DNA from: an uncultured Candidatus Saccharibacteria bacterium
GTDB lineage: Bacteria > Patescibacteriota > Saccharimonadia > Saccharimonadales > JAUPVS01
DNA: 64,000 bases
NCBI GenBank assembly: GCA_964410185.1
Contig: CAYPFM010000001.1
Location: forward strand, 80,860 to 144,859
Direction of reading: 5' to 3'
In this document: positions 17,431 to 25,519 of the stretch, piece by piece
How the letters are laid out: the number at the start of each line of letters is the position of its first letter
Numbering within the stretch: position 1 is the stretch's first letter
Translations under genes and position numbers: made by a program
Notes under the pieces: model-generated
What the model saw: the letters and a program-made list of their open reading frames with translations, nothing else
Told to the model about the DNA's origin: nothing
The model's database searches: none

Positions 17431-19231
17431 CCTCGCCTACTTGGCGGCGGCCGGCCGTCTGGTTGGCACTTCTAGCCCCAGCCCAACTGACTGGCAGGCC
17501 CACTTTCGCTACCCCACCAGTTTTGTGCCGGCTTTGATGCTACAATCGCTGACCGAAATCGAAGGTGCCGCCCCGCTACGCGAAGATATTTGCCGACTGC
17601 TCCTGAAAGCGCGGTCTCCAAACTGGTCGTTTAACTACTGGTTACGCGACAGCCCGGAGAGTCAGCAATTTCCATATCCCGACGATTTAGACGATACTTT
17701 TTGTGCCCTGATTGGCCTCTACAAGCACAACCCTAACCTGATTGACGAAGCCGCTCTGGCGCGGATTGTTCACCTGTTGCTGGCCAGCGAAACCACGGTT
17801 GGTGGACCGTATCGCACCTGGCTGGTTAAACCAGATAGTCCACCTGAATGGCTGGGGGTTGATGTCGCCGTAAACGCCAACATCGCCTACTTTTTGCAGC
17901 TTATCGGCAGTCCATCCCCGCCTTTGCTACAGTATCTGGCAGCCAAAATTATGCAGGGCGACTACGCCTCTGACTACTACCCGAACCCCGTTCCAATCTG
18001 GTATTACTTGGCCCGTGTCTGTCCGGCTGGCTGCCGTAAGAAACTCCGCCAAGACATTGAGGCCACCAGACCCACCAATGCTCTGCAGTTAGCACTTTCG
18101 ATCAGCGCGCTCCGGCAACTTGGCGCACCGGTACAAAGACGACAGAAAACCCTGCGCAACCTGCAATCAAACGACGGCAGTTGGCCAGCGGCCGCTTTCT
18201 GTCTAGACCCAGCCCGCGACGGTCAGACGTACTACCACGGCAGTGCCGCCCTCACCACTGCCTTTGCGCTTGAGGCTCTGGTTGAGTCACCAAAAGTCAC
18301 CACCAAGCCAGCCAGCCCTATCCCCAAACTACAAGGCGGCATTGTCGAGCAGGCTCGTTCTGACATTGAAGAGCTCGGCCCTGACCTTCGAAAACAGGCC
18401 CTGCTGGCCTTGGAGCGCACGCTCAAGAGCGACCCTAAACATCAGATTACTTTACTGCCTTATTGGGTCGGCCAATCATTGCGCAAGCCGCCTCCCGCCG
18501 ATGAACAATTTTATGGCACCCTCGGGCTGGCCAACTTGTTCGGTTGGATGGCCTACACCATCTACGATGATTTCTTAGATGATGCCGGCCAACCACCACA
18601 ACTGCCCGTTGCCAATTTTGCCCTTCGCTCATCCGTTGGGTATTTTCGGGCTGCCCTCCCCAACCACGCCGCGTTTCAACACCACGTCAACCAAACGTTT
18701 AATATAATCGACAATGCCAATGCCTGGGAGCAAGCTCACTGTCGCTCCGTCGATAAACCACCGCGTTATGGCGCTCGATCCAAGTTGGCCGAGCGCTCCA
18801 TGGGGCATGTTCTGACGCCCGTAGCCGTCCTACTGCAAGCCGGGCAAACGCTAACCAGCTCTGACGTAGTCTGTTTCCAAAAAGCCTTTCATCACTATCT
18901 TATTGCCCGCCAACTGGATGATGATATGCACGACTGGCAGACCGACTTTACCAATGGACACGTCAGTTATGTTGTCGCCGAGATTCTGCGAGCCAACGCG
19001 AGCCACAACATGCAGCAGCAATTTTGGCACCATACCCTGCCGCGTGTTTGCGACGTTATGAACGGACATATTGTGTCTGCTCGGGGCGCACTCAAACAAG
19101 TGAAGATCTTAAAGCCCGATAACGTATTGGCCCAGCTGCTGGACAATCTCGAAACCTCAGTTCAGACCACCCTGACTAAACAAACACAGGCCACCAAATT
19201 CTTGGCGAGCTACCGTCAAATTTCTAAATAA
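17417..19231 (+). CDS. Fusion protein: class II terpene-cyclase-like (SHC/prenyltransferase alpha-alpha barrel) N-domain + class I isoprenoid-synthase/ComQ-like C-domain
   Basis: The N-domain has NWSFNYW...FPYPDDLDDTFCALIGL (DxDD(T) at 17681-17698; compare PDVDDTA in squalene-hopene cyclase) and a QW-type repeat LQSNDGSW (18164-18184). The C-domain has YDDFLDD (18566-18583) and LDDDMHDWQTD (18917-18946) about 117 aa apart. The gene overlaps the kinase stop by 14 nt. Confidence 0.6.
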   Translation: MESASLAYLAAAGRLVGTSSPSPTDWQAHFRYPTSFVPALMLQSLTEIEGAAPLREDICRLLLKARSPNWSFNYWLRDSPESQQFPYPDDLDDTFCALIGLYKHNPNLIDEAALARIVHLLLASETTVGGPYRTWLVKPDSPPEWLGVDVAVNANIAYFLQLIGSPSPPLLQYLAAKIMQGDYASDYYPNPVPIWYYLARVCPAGCRKKLRQDIEATRPTNALQLALSISALRQLGAPVQRRQKTLRNLQSNDGSWPAAAFCLDPARDGQTYYHGSAALTTAFALEALVESPKVTTKPASPIPKLQGGIVEQARSDIEELGPDLRKQALLALERTLKSDPKHQITLLPYWVGQSLRKPPPADEQFYGTLGLANLFGWMAYTIYDDFLDDAGQPPQLPVANFALRSSVGYFRAALPNHAAFQHHVNQTFNIIDNANAWEQAHCRSVDKPPRYGARSKLAERSMGHVLTPVAVLLQAGQTLTSSDVVCFQKAFHHYLIARQLDDDMHDWQTDFTNGHVSYVVAEILRANASHNMQQQFWHHTLPRVCDVMNGHIVSARGALKQVKILKPDNVLAQLLDNLETSVQTTLTKQTQATKFLASYRQISK

Positions 19232-19283
19232 TGGTTGAATTATTAACTTCTGATTAACTAATTTCTGGATTCACGAACTGTTT

Positions 19284-20081
19284 TTGTATACTCCAATTAT
19301 GCCTGTTAGTAACGCCATTTCACCCACCTACAGCCTCGTTGATCACGACTTTGTCATGTTCGACGAAGGCGCCGAGAATCAGTATGTTTTACGCGTCAAA
19401 GATCTGCCCAGTGACGAGAAGCCCCGCGAGAAACTGCTGCAACTTGGGGCCAAGCATCTGACCCTAGCCGAGATTATTGCCATCCTGTGGGGAGTCGGCA
19501 CAAAAAAGGAAGAGTTGCTCACCATGGCCCAGCGCCTCACCAAGGAATACGGCGAAAAAGCCCTGCTGGCCGAAACCAGTCCGCAAAAACTAGCCGATGC
19601 CTTAAATATCCCGCTGACCAAAGCCTGCCAGGTAGTAGTTAGCTTTGAGCTTGGTCGGCGCTTCTTTGCTAACCAGGCTGGCAAGCCGCTGTATATTCGC
19701 AACGCCCGCCAGGCTCAACTGCATTTACGCGGAATGGGCCACAGCAAAAAGGAACAGCTCCGTGGCCTTTACCTCAATAGCCGCTACCAAGTTATTCATG
19801 ATGAAGTCATTTCGGTTGGTACGCTGACTTCCAATCTTGTACACCCGCGCGAAGTCTTCCAGCCGGCCATTGAATATGGTGCTATCGCCGTCATCATTGG
19901 CCATAACCACCCATCGGGCGCCGTCGAGCCCACCAACGCCGACATTATCGTTACCGAGCAATTAATGCAGGCTGGTAAGCTGCTCGGCATTGAGTTGCTC
20001 GATCACTTAGTGCTAGCCGAAAACAAATACATCAGCATCAAGGACTGCATGCGCCATGACCTACAAACTGAAGAGTCTTGA
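19284..20081 (+). CDS. radC: RadC-like JAB/MPN domain protein
   Basis: It has the HhH-like region LTLAEIIAILWGVGTKKE and the JAMM motif IIGHNHPSGAVEPTNADIIVT. The start is either TTG 19284 or ATG 19299. Confidence 0.85.
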   Translation: MYTPIMPVSNAISPTYSLVDHDFVMFDEGAENQYVLRVKDLPSDEKPREKLLQLGAKHLTLAEIIAILWGVGTKKEELLTMAQRLTKEYGEKALLAETSPQKLADALNIPLTKACQVVVSFELGRRFFANQAGKPLYIRNARQAQLHLRGMGHSKKEQLRGLYLNSRYQVIHDEVISVGTLTSNLVHPREVFQPAIEYGAIAVIIGHNHPSGAVEPTNADIIVTEQLMQAGKLLGIELLDHLVLAENKYISIKDCMRHDLQTEES

Positions 20082-20325
20082 TGTCAGCAACCATCATTGG
20101 CCCGACACAGTAATGTTGGTACGCGATGGCAGCATGAGAACAGCCGATAAAAGTGAGCTCGAAGCCCAAGCCCAATCCGGTGATTACTTATCGCTTTTGG
20201 CCACACGGCTCGACCAAATCAGCCAGTCACTGAAGCGTCACCACCACACTGACTATATTATTCTCGAGGGCACTATTCAGGACCTGGTCTACCTGCAGAA
20301 TCGTTTCAAGCTCGTCAAGAAATAG
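20056..20325 (+). CDS. Hypothetical 89-aa protein
   Basis: The ORF overlaps the radC 3' end by 26 nt. I recognised no motif, so coding status is uncertain. Confidence 0.3.
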   Translation: MTYKLKSLDVSNHHWPDTVMLVRDGSMRTADKSELEAQAQSGDYLSLLATRLDQISQSLKRHHHTDYIILEGTIQDLVYLQNRFKLVKK

Positions 20326-21300
20326 CTAGGCGACTTCGCGAACTTCAGCGGGTTGGTTGAACAAGGTTATAAGCTTATTAACGACGTAGGCATTGACCCA
20401 GACCTTACCCTCTAGCGCGCTTGAACCTCGTTGGCCTTTCGCAAAGGCTCGAATTTGTCTCTTGGTGCTATATCTTGCCTGAACGCGACTGTGATTTTCG
20501 CTGGCGGCAATCATAAATAGCACTTCCTTTTCAGAATCATCAGAGAATCTATCAGGTAATTCACCGCGATCAAGCGCTTGTTCGATAACCGTACGTAATT
20601 CTTCTGGACCCATTCCTTCTGGTTTCTGTGCCTGGTCATACATAGGAATGCGGCAACGAAGAATTGCAACCTTCGGCTCTTCATCTTCCTGGTCAGGCAC
20701 TTCAATACCAACCAGGTTTACAATCGGCGGACGGAGGAAGCTCTTATTGGCAACCTTGTGCTCGGGATCAACAAAGTACATGCGAGTTTTTCCAGGATGA
20801 GTCTTATCCATAAAGTAGTAGTGTGGATGAAAGGTGTGTTTTTCCTTATCACCAACGTGAGTAATGCGCCGATAGACGTGACCATCCTCGTAGGCCTGTC
20901 CAAGTCGCCGCACCGCACTAGCAGCACCGTATGGCAGCAATCGTTCTAGGAGCATGTCGGCCTCATACCCATCGTACTCAGCAGTACAAGGCGGTATGAC
21001 CCAGGCGTGGTTATCACGAATGTCATCGAACATCATGCCGATTCTGTCTGGCTTAGATTGATGTTGTTCTGGTATGACGGGCTTGTTGAAGGTTTCGGTA
21101 ATGGGTTCAGGCCCGCGAGTAATAACCGCCGGTTCAGGCCCAAAGGCGTGTTCGACTGGCAAAAAGTCAGTAGTTTCCGCAAGTGCCCTTTCGGCTTCGT
21201 TGGCTGGCCGACTCAATAAATAGGCATCAAAGTCTGCTTGGGCAGCTCTGCTCGTTGGGTCAAACGCTGCGTCTACATCAAAATTTATTCGTTCATTCAT
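20326..21300 (-). CDS. Hypothetical 324-aa protein (no recognisable domain)
   Basis: It is a long clean ORF with a candidate promoter upstream. It is acidic and I recognised no motifs. Confidence 0.6.
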   Translation of the reverse strand: MNERINFDVDAAFDPTSRAAQADFDAYLLSRPANEAERALAETTDFLPVEHAFGPEPAVITRGPEPITETFNKPVIPEQHQSKPDRIGMMFDDIRDNHAWVIPPCTAEYDGYEADMLLERLLPYGAASAVRRLGQAYEDGHVYRRITHVGDKEKHTFHPHYYFMDKTHPGKTRMYFVDPEHKVANKSFLRPPIVNLVGIEVPDQEDEEPKVAILRCRIPMYDQAQKPEGMGPEELRTVIEQALDRGELPDRFSDDSEKEVLFMIAASENHSRVQARYSTKRQIRAFAKGQRGSSALEGKVWVNAYVVNKLITLFNQPAEVREVA

Positions 21301-21361
21301 GGTTGTTGTTTCTTATTCTGTGCTGGTGCCAACGAACAAGAATGATGATTTTTATCGTATA

Positions 21362-21390
21362 ATGTTATCATAATATTCATTTATTGTCAA
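21362..21390 (-). promoter_or_regulatory. Candidate sigma70-type promoter for the 324-aa gene
   Basis: On the minus strand: TTGACA (21390-21385), a 17-nt spacer, then TAACAT (21367-21362). Confidence 0.3.
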
Positions 21391-21436
21391 TTATATGGTT
21401 GTTGCTGTTTTGCGTTCCGCACGCCTGCCGAGTCGT

Positions 21437-21465
21437 TTGGACTTAACAGAGATAGAGTTTATAAT
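21437..21465 (+). promoter_or_regulatory. Candidate sigma70-type promoter for ychF
   Basis: TTGGAC (21437-21442), a 17-nt spacer, then TATAAT (21460-21465). Confidence 0.35.
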
Positions 21466-21553
21466 TAGACAAATTGATAACGAGACTATTCCGCCAGAAA
21501 GGAAGCAACGATATGGGGTCATATACCCGTTTGAGTGAAAGCAGAGGTTGGCT

Positions 21554-22630
21554 TTGAGTTTATCTATCGCCATTGTCGGTTTGCCGAACGTTGGCAAATC
21601 TACTCTTTTTAATGCCCTGACCGACAACAACATCTTGGCGGCCAACTATCCCTTTGCGACGATTGAGCCCAACACGGGCATCGTGCCTATCCCCGACCCC
21701 CGCCTCGACAAGCTGGCCGAACTTTACCAGACCAAGAAGGTTGTTCCGGCCACAGTCACCTTTGTTGATATTGCCGGGCTCGTCGCAGGTGCTTCGGAGG
21801 GCGAAGGTCTGGGCAACCAGTTCCTGGCTCACATTCGCACCACAAACGCTATTTGCCAGGTCGTCCGGGCCTTTTCTGACGATAACGTCGTACACGTCGA
21901 TAACAAGGTTGATCCCAAGCATGACATCGACATCATTAATACCGAGCTAATCTTGGCTGACTTGCAAACGCTCAGTAAGCGGCTGCCAAAAGTCGAAAAG
22001 GAAGCCAAGGCCAATCCCAAGCTAAAACCCGTGCTCGATACGCTACAGAAGGTTGATGCCCTACTCCAGGCTGGCACGCCCTTGTCACAAGCCAGTGATC
22101 TCGATCCCGAGCACATCGCCGACCTGCAATTACTGAGTGCCAAGCCCGTGATTTACCTGTTCAACTTGGACGAAGCCGGTCTCAGTGATCTGGCCAAGCA
22201 AAAAGAATTAGCGGCGCTGGTGGCCCCATCCCAGGCACTGTTTGTATGTGCCCAGCTCGAGGCTGAGCTGAACGGGCTCGATGCCGCTGACCGTACCGAG
22301 ATGCTGGAAAGCTACGGTCAGACCGAATCTGGTCTTAACAAACTTATCCATGCCGCCTACGACACGCTTGGTTTACAGAGCTATCTAACCGCCGGTGAGC
22401 AAGAAGTCCGAGCCTGGACCATTCATAAGGGCTTCACCGCCCCACAGGCCGCAGGCGTGATTCACGGTGATTTCGAGCGTGGTTTTATCGCCGCCGAAGT
22501 CGTCGACTATGATGATCTGATCGCAACCGGATCAATGACCGCCGCCAAGGCGGCTGGCAAGGTCCGCACCGAAGGCAAGACCTACATCATGCAGCCAAAC
22601 GACATCGTCGAGTTTCGTTTTAACGTTTAA
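21554..22630 (+). CDS. ychF: Ribosome-binding ATPase YchF (Obg-like GTPase family)
   Basis: IAIVGLPNVGKSTLFNAL is the G1 motif, with DIAGLV and a C-terminal TGS-like end (...KTYIMQPNDIVEFRFNV). I prefer TTG 21554 (GAGG 6 nt upstream) over TTG 21548. Confidence 0.9.
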   Translation: MSLSIAIVGLPNVGKSTLFNALTDNNILAANYPFATIEPNTGIVPIPDPRLDKLAELYQTKKVVPATVTFVDIAGLVAGASEGEGLGNQFLAHIRTTNAICQVVRAFSDDNVVHVDNKVDPKHDIDIINTELILADLQTLSKRLPKVEKEAKANPKLKPVLDTLQKVDALLQAGTPLSQASDLDPEHIADLQLLSAKPVIYLFNLDEAGLSDLAKQKELAALVAPSQALFVCAQLEAELNGLDAADRTEMLESYGQTESGLNKLIHAAYDTLGLQSYLTAGEQEVRAWTIHKGFTAPQAAGVIHGDFERGFIAAEVVDYDDLIATGSMTAAKAAGKVRTEGKTYIMQPNDIVEFRFNV

Positions 22631-23328
22631 TAGGTTGGCGCTTGCGGCGTACCGATTGGACCAAACCGGCCAATCCGCCGGCGCGAGATAACGGGAGCAT
22701 TCATATACGGGTTGCGCCGCTGCGGTATAGGCAAACGTTGGGCTTCTTGTTCAGCTCCATTGACGGCTTGGCTACCTAGCATTGAGGCATACATACCGTC
22801 GAGTATCTGCACGGGTGCGGGCTGAGTTTCGGCAGCTGCCACCACGACTGGCGCTGCCGCTGGTGCTGGACTGACCGGTTGCACTCTAGCCATGGCTGGC
22901 TCGGGGGTCATTTCAATCTGGTTTTGTGGCTCATACTGATGACGTACCTGCATAACTCGTTGCTGAATATACGTCGCCACTTGGCGCAGTTGTTTTGGCT
23001 TAAAGGCAGTGAAAGCCAGGTTCTTGGTTGGTGTACAAACGTTCATCGTGCCACTAAAGAGCTGGGCACCAAAGTCGACTTCGGCAATCATGTCGTAGCG
23101 CATGTCTTCGACCGTCAGATAGAACAGTTTTTTGTCGACCAATAAAAGGCGCTGGTCGGTGGCGACAAAGGTGGCGAAACCACCCTCATAACGGCCGTTT
23201 AGGCAGGCCTGAATTTGCTCACCAGGCACCAAGATATGTTGCAGTTCAACGATTTCGGCACGGCCCCAGAATCTACTGTTGGCTCCGATGGCCTCAAGCT
23301 GTTTTTCAACCTCTTCCAGTGATATCAT
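22627..23328 (-). CDS. Bacterial PH-domain-like protein with a Pro/Ala-rich C-terminal tail
   Basis: GEQIQACLNGRYEGGFATFVATDQRLLLVDKK... resembles YokE-type bacterial PH domains. The assignment is tentative. Confidence 0.4.
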   Translation of the reverse strand: MISLEEVEKQLEAIGANSRFWGRAEIVELQHILVPGEQIQACLNGRYEGGFATFVATDQRLLLVDKKLFYLTVEDMRYDMIAEVDFGAQLFSGTMNVCTPTKNLAFTAFKPKQLRQVATYIQQRVMQVRHQYEPQNQIEMTPEPAMARVQPVSPAPAAAPVVVAAAETQPAPVQILDGMYASMLGSQAVNGAEQEAQRLPIPQRRNPYMNAPVISRRRIGRFGPIGTPQAPTY

Positions 23329-23458
23329 GTCGCACCTCCTCGGTTACATTCCTATAATATGCCTTCCCCTACCCGTTCACAGGTACATTTCTCACAACAT
23401 GGCTGTGATAAAAATCACACGATTTGGCCAATTCGGCTTGATAGTTCATACTAGATAC

Positions 23459-24112
23459 ATGTTGGCTACCAAAGCAGAAGAGCAAAACTTATTCAGGATA
23501 TTCCGCGGTGGCACCAAGCTGACATACAAAAAGGGTGAGTACATCATTCGTCCAGGAGAAGCGCCAAGTGGCGTTTTTTTTATTGAATCGGGCCTGGTTA
23601 AAGCCTACGATATCTCGAAGTACGGCGAAGAAAACCTACTGATTATTCGTAAGTCGCAGGAGATCTTTCCGCTTATCTGGGCCATTACCGGGCAGGAACG
23701 CGACATCATCTACGAGGCACTAGGACCAGTTACCGTCAGGCGCTTGGGCCGTGACGACTTTCTTGAACACATTCATAATACCCCAAAGAGTGTTATGACT
23801 ATGCTCGACATGACAATCGAGATGTACCGACTGCACTCCGAACACATCTTAAACCTGGAATACCGCACCGTCCGCGAACGCCTGATTTGCTTCCTTCTCA
23901 ACACGGCCGACCGCTTTGGGGCCCCGCCCACTCGTTCCGGACGAGTCGTAATTGACGTACCTCTCAAGCAACAGGATATCGCCAGCTCTATTAACGCTAC
24001 TCGCGAGACAACCAGCCGCGAATTGGTCCGGCTGGAGCGGCTCGGCCTCGTTTCGACCACTCACAGCAAAATTAGCCTGCTTAACCCCGACAAGCTTCGG
24101 GCCGCCTTGTAG
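23459..24112 (+). CDS. Crp/Fnr-family transcriptional regulator
   Basis: It has a cNMP-binding beta-roll (YKKGEYIIRPGEAPSGVFFIESGLVKAY) and a C-terminal HTH (QQDIASSINATRETTSRELVRLERLGLV). I trimmed the start to MLATKAEEQ. Confidence 0.8.
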   Translation: MLATKAEEQNLFRIFRGGTKLTYKKGEYIIRPGEAPSGVFFIESGLVKAYDISKYGEENLLIIRKSQEIFPLIWAITGQERDIIYEALGPVTVRRLGRDDFLEHIHNTPKSVMTMLDMTIEMYRLHSEHILNLEYRTVRERLICFLLNTADRFGAPPTRSGRVVIDVPLKQQDIASSINATRETTSRELVRLERLGLVSTTHSKISLLNPDKLRAAL

Positions 24113-24125
24113 CCCACTCCCCCGC

Positions 24126-24782
24126 TTAGTGCCAGCTGAGAATAATGTCTTTGATGCTACTCACGATGACTTCGTGCTTGGGCAGCGTATTGTCCTCGTA
24201 GTAGTGGTTAATGTCCATGAAGTTTTCGAGCACATCTAAACAGAAAATTTCGTCGGCCACCAGGTGCATACGGTCTACCGCCGCGACGCTGGCTAACGGC
24301 GTGGCGATAATCAGACGATCAAGCTTGTAGGGTTTGAGGTAGGCCGCAGCCGCATCCAGTGACAAGCCAGTATTCAGGCCGTCCGAAACTAAGATAACAT
24401 TGTGATACCGGAGTAGCTCCGGCTCGATAATACCACCACTGCCAAGTAGCCCGTTCATTTCGTGCAGCTTTTCTAGCTTCTGCTGCTCGATGTAATTGCG
24501 ATATTCTGCCTGAAAATCTTCCAGCTGACCAGTTGAAAACATACCATTATAGGTAAAGAGCCCACTCTGATCGATGGTACCCACCGGCGTTTTTTCGCCC
24601 GGCAACGTAATTGGCTCGGTCAGGAGCATCATTAACACACAGTGCAATTGAGCGGCAATATTGCTGGCGATGACGACCCCACCGTCACTTAACGCCACGA
24701 CCGCACAGTTTTCATAACGATACTTGGGTACAATCAGCTTGGCGAGCTGCTGCCCAGCATCGGTGCGGCTTTTAAAATACAT
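24126..24782 (-). CDS. Phosphoribosyltransferase-family protein
   Basis: It starts MYFKSRTDAGQQLAKLI...AVVALSDGGVVIA and contains VILVSDGLNTGLS, a PRPP-binding-like loop. Confidence 0.5.
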   Translation of the reverse strand: MYFKSRTDAGQQLAKLIVPKYRYENCAVVALSDGGVVIASNIAAQLHCVLMMLLTEPITLPGEKTPVGTIDQSGLFTYNGMFSTGQLEDFQAEYRNYIEQQKLEKLHEMNGLLGSGGIIEPELLRYHNVILVSDGLNTGLSLDAAAAYLKPYKLDRLIIATPLASVAAVDRMHLVADEIFCLDVLENFMDINHYYEDNTLPKHEVIVSSIKDIILSWH

Positions 24783-24791
24783 GTGCTTACT

Positions 24792-25517
24792 CTACCTTTC
24801 TTTTGCCAAACGCGTCAACAGATAGAATCGTTCGCGATTACCCTTGCCGCCGGCCACAGCACTATCCGCTTTGTTCTGAATCATGAAGAACTTTTGTACC
24901 CACACTTCAAAGTCCTTCAAAATCGCCCGTCGGATTGAGTCATTTTTGATGACACCCTTGTGCTTATAGGTCTCCCCTGCCTCAAACTGGGGCTTCACCA
25001 TAATGGCAAACTGCGCGTCTTTACTGGCCAGCCGCAGCGCATGTGGCAAGATTTCCCGGAGACTAACAAAAGAAACGTCGGCCACCACCATGTTTGGCGT
25101 AATGCCCGGAACTGGCTGCATATTCTGAATAGCGGTTTGCTCAAACAGATGAATCCGCTCGTCACCGCGCAAGCTGGGGTGTAGTTGATTTGTACCCAAT
25201 TCGACAGCAATCACTTCGCGGGCACCGTGAGCGAGTACATATTGTGTAAATCCGCCAGTTGAGGAGCCGATGTCGAGGACGGTTTTGCCCCGGAAGTCGA
25301 GCTCCAGCACCTCGGCAACAGAGGCCAGCTTCAAGGCTGCCCGGGAAACGTATTGTTCCTGAACATTGACTTGCAGTTGATCACTATCGCCTACCTGCTC
25401 ACCAGCTTTGGTGATAACTTTATTATTCACCGTCACTTTGCCAAGCTTAATATAGCTCTCGGCCTGACTGCGCGAGCTAACCAAACCCTGGGTTACAAGT
25501 GCTTGGTCAAGCCGCAC
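24792..25517 (-). CDS. tlyA: TlyA-family rRNA 2'-O-methyltransferase (S4 + FtsJ domains)
   Basis: RLDQALVTQGLVSSRSQAESYIKLGKV is the S4 domain and VLDIGSSTGGFTQ is the SAM motif. Confidence 0.85.
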   Translation of the reverse strand: MRLDQALVTQGLVSSRSQAESYIKLGKVTVNNKVITKAGEQVGDSDQLQVNVQEQYVSRAALKLASVAEVLELDFRGKTVLDIGSSTGGFTQYVLAHGAREVIAVELGTNQLHPSLRGDERIHLFEQTAIQNMQPVPGITPNMVVADVSFVSLREILPHALRLASKDAQFAIMVKPQFEAGETYKHKGVIKNDSIRRAILKDFEVWVQKFFMIQNKADSAVAGGKGNRERFYLLTRLAKER

Positions 25518-25519
25518 AA

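Noticed and set aside
15911-19231. Lanthipeptide (LanC-like cyclase plus precursor) interpretation of the peptide and enzyme pair
   Set aside because: The peptide has no Cys, so thioether rings are impossible. The enzyme N-domain also carries an SHC-type DxDD region rather than the Zn-ligand Cys/His pattern of LanC. The isoprenoid interpretation fits better.
21513-21557. 14-codon upstream ORF (MGSYTRLSESRGWL) with an AAAGGAAG SD, ending across the ychF start codon
   Set aside because: The arrangement is tempting as a regulatory uORF or coupling element. It is too short to evaluate, has no conservation evidence and the leader may simply be untranslated. I recorded it but did not call it.
21391-21645. 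84-aa minus-strand ORF spanning the ychF promoter and start region
   Set aside because: It overlaps the well-supported ychF N-terminus (G1 P-loop) in antisense and also overlaps the AT-rich promoter region. It has no SD or motif and is most likely spurious.
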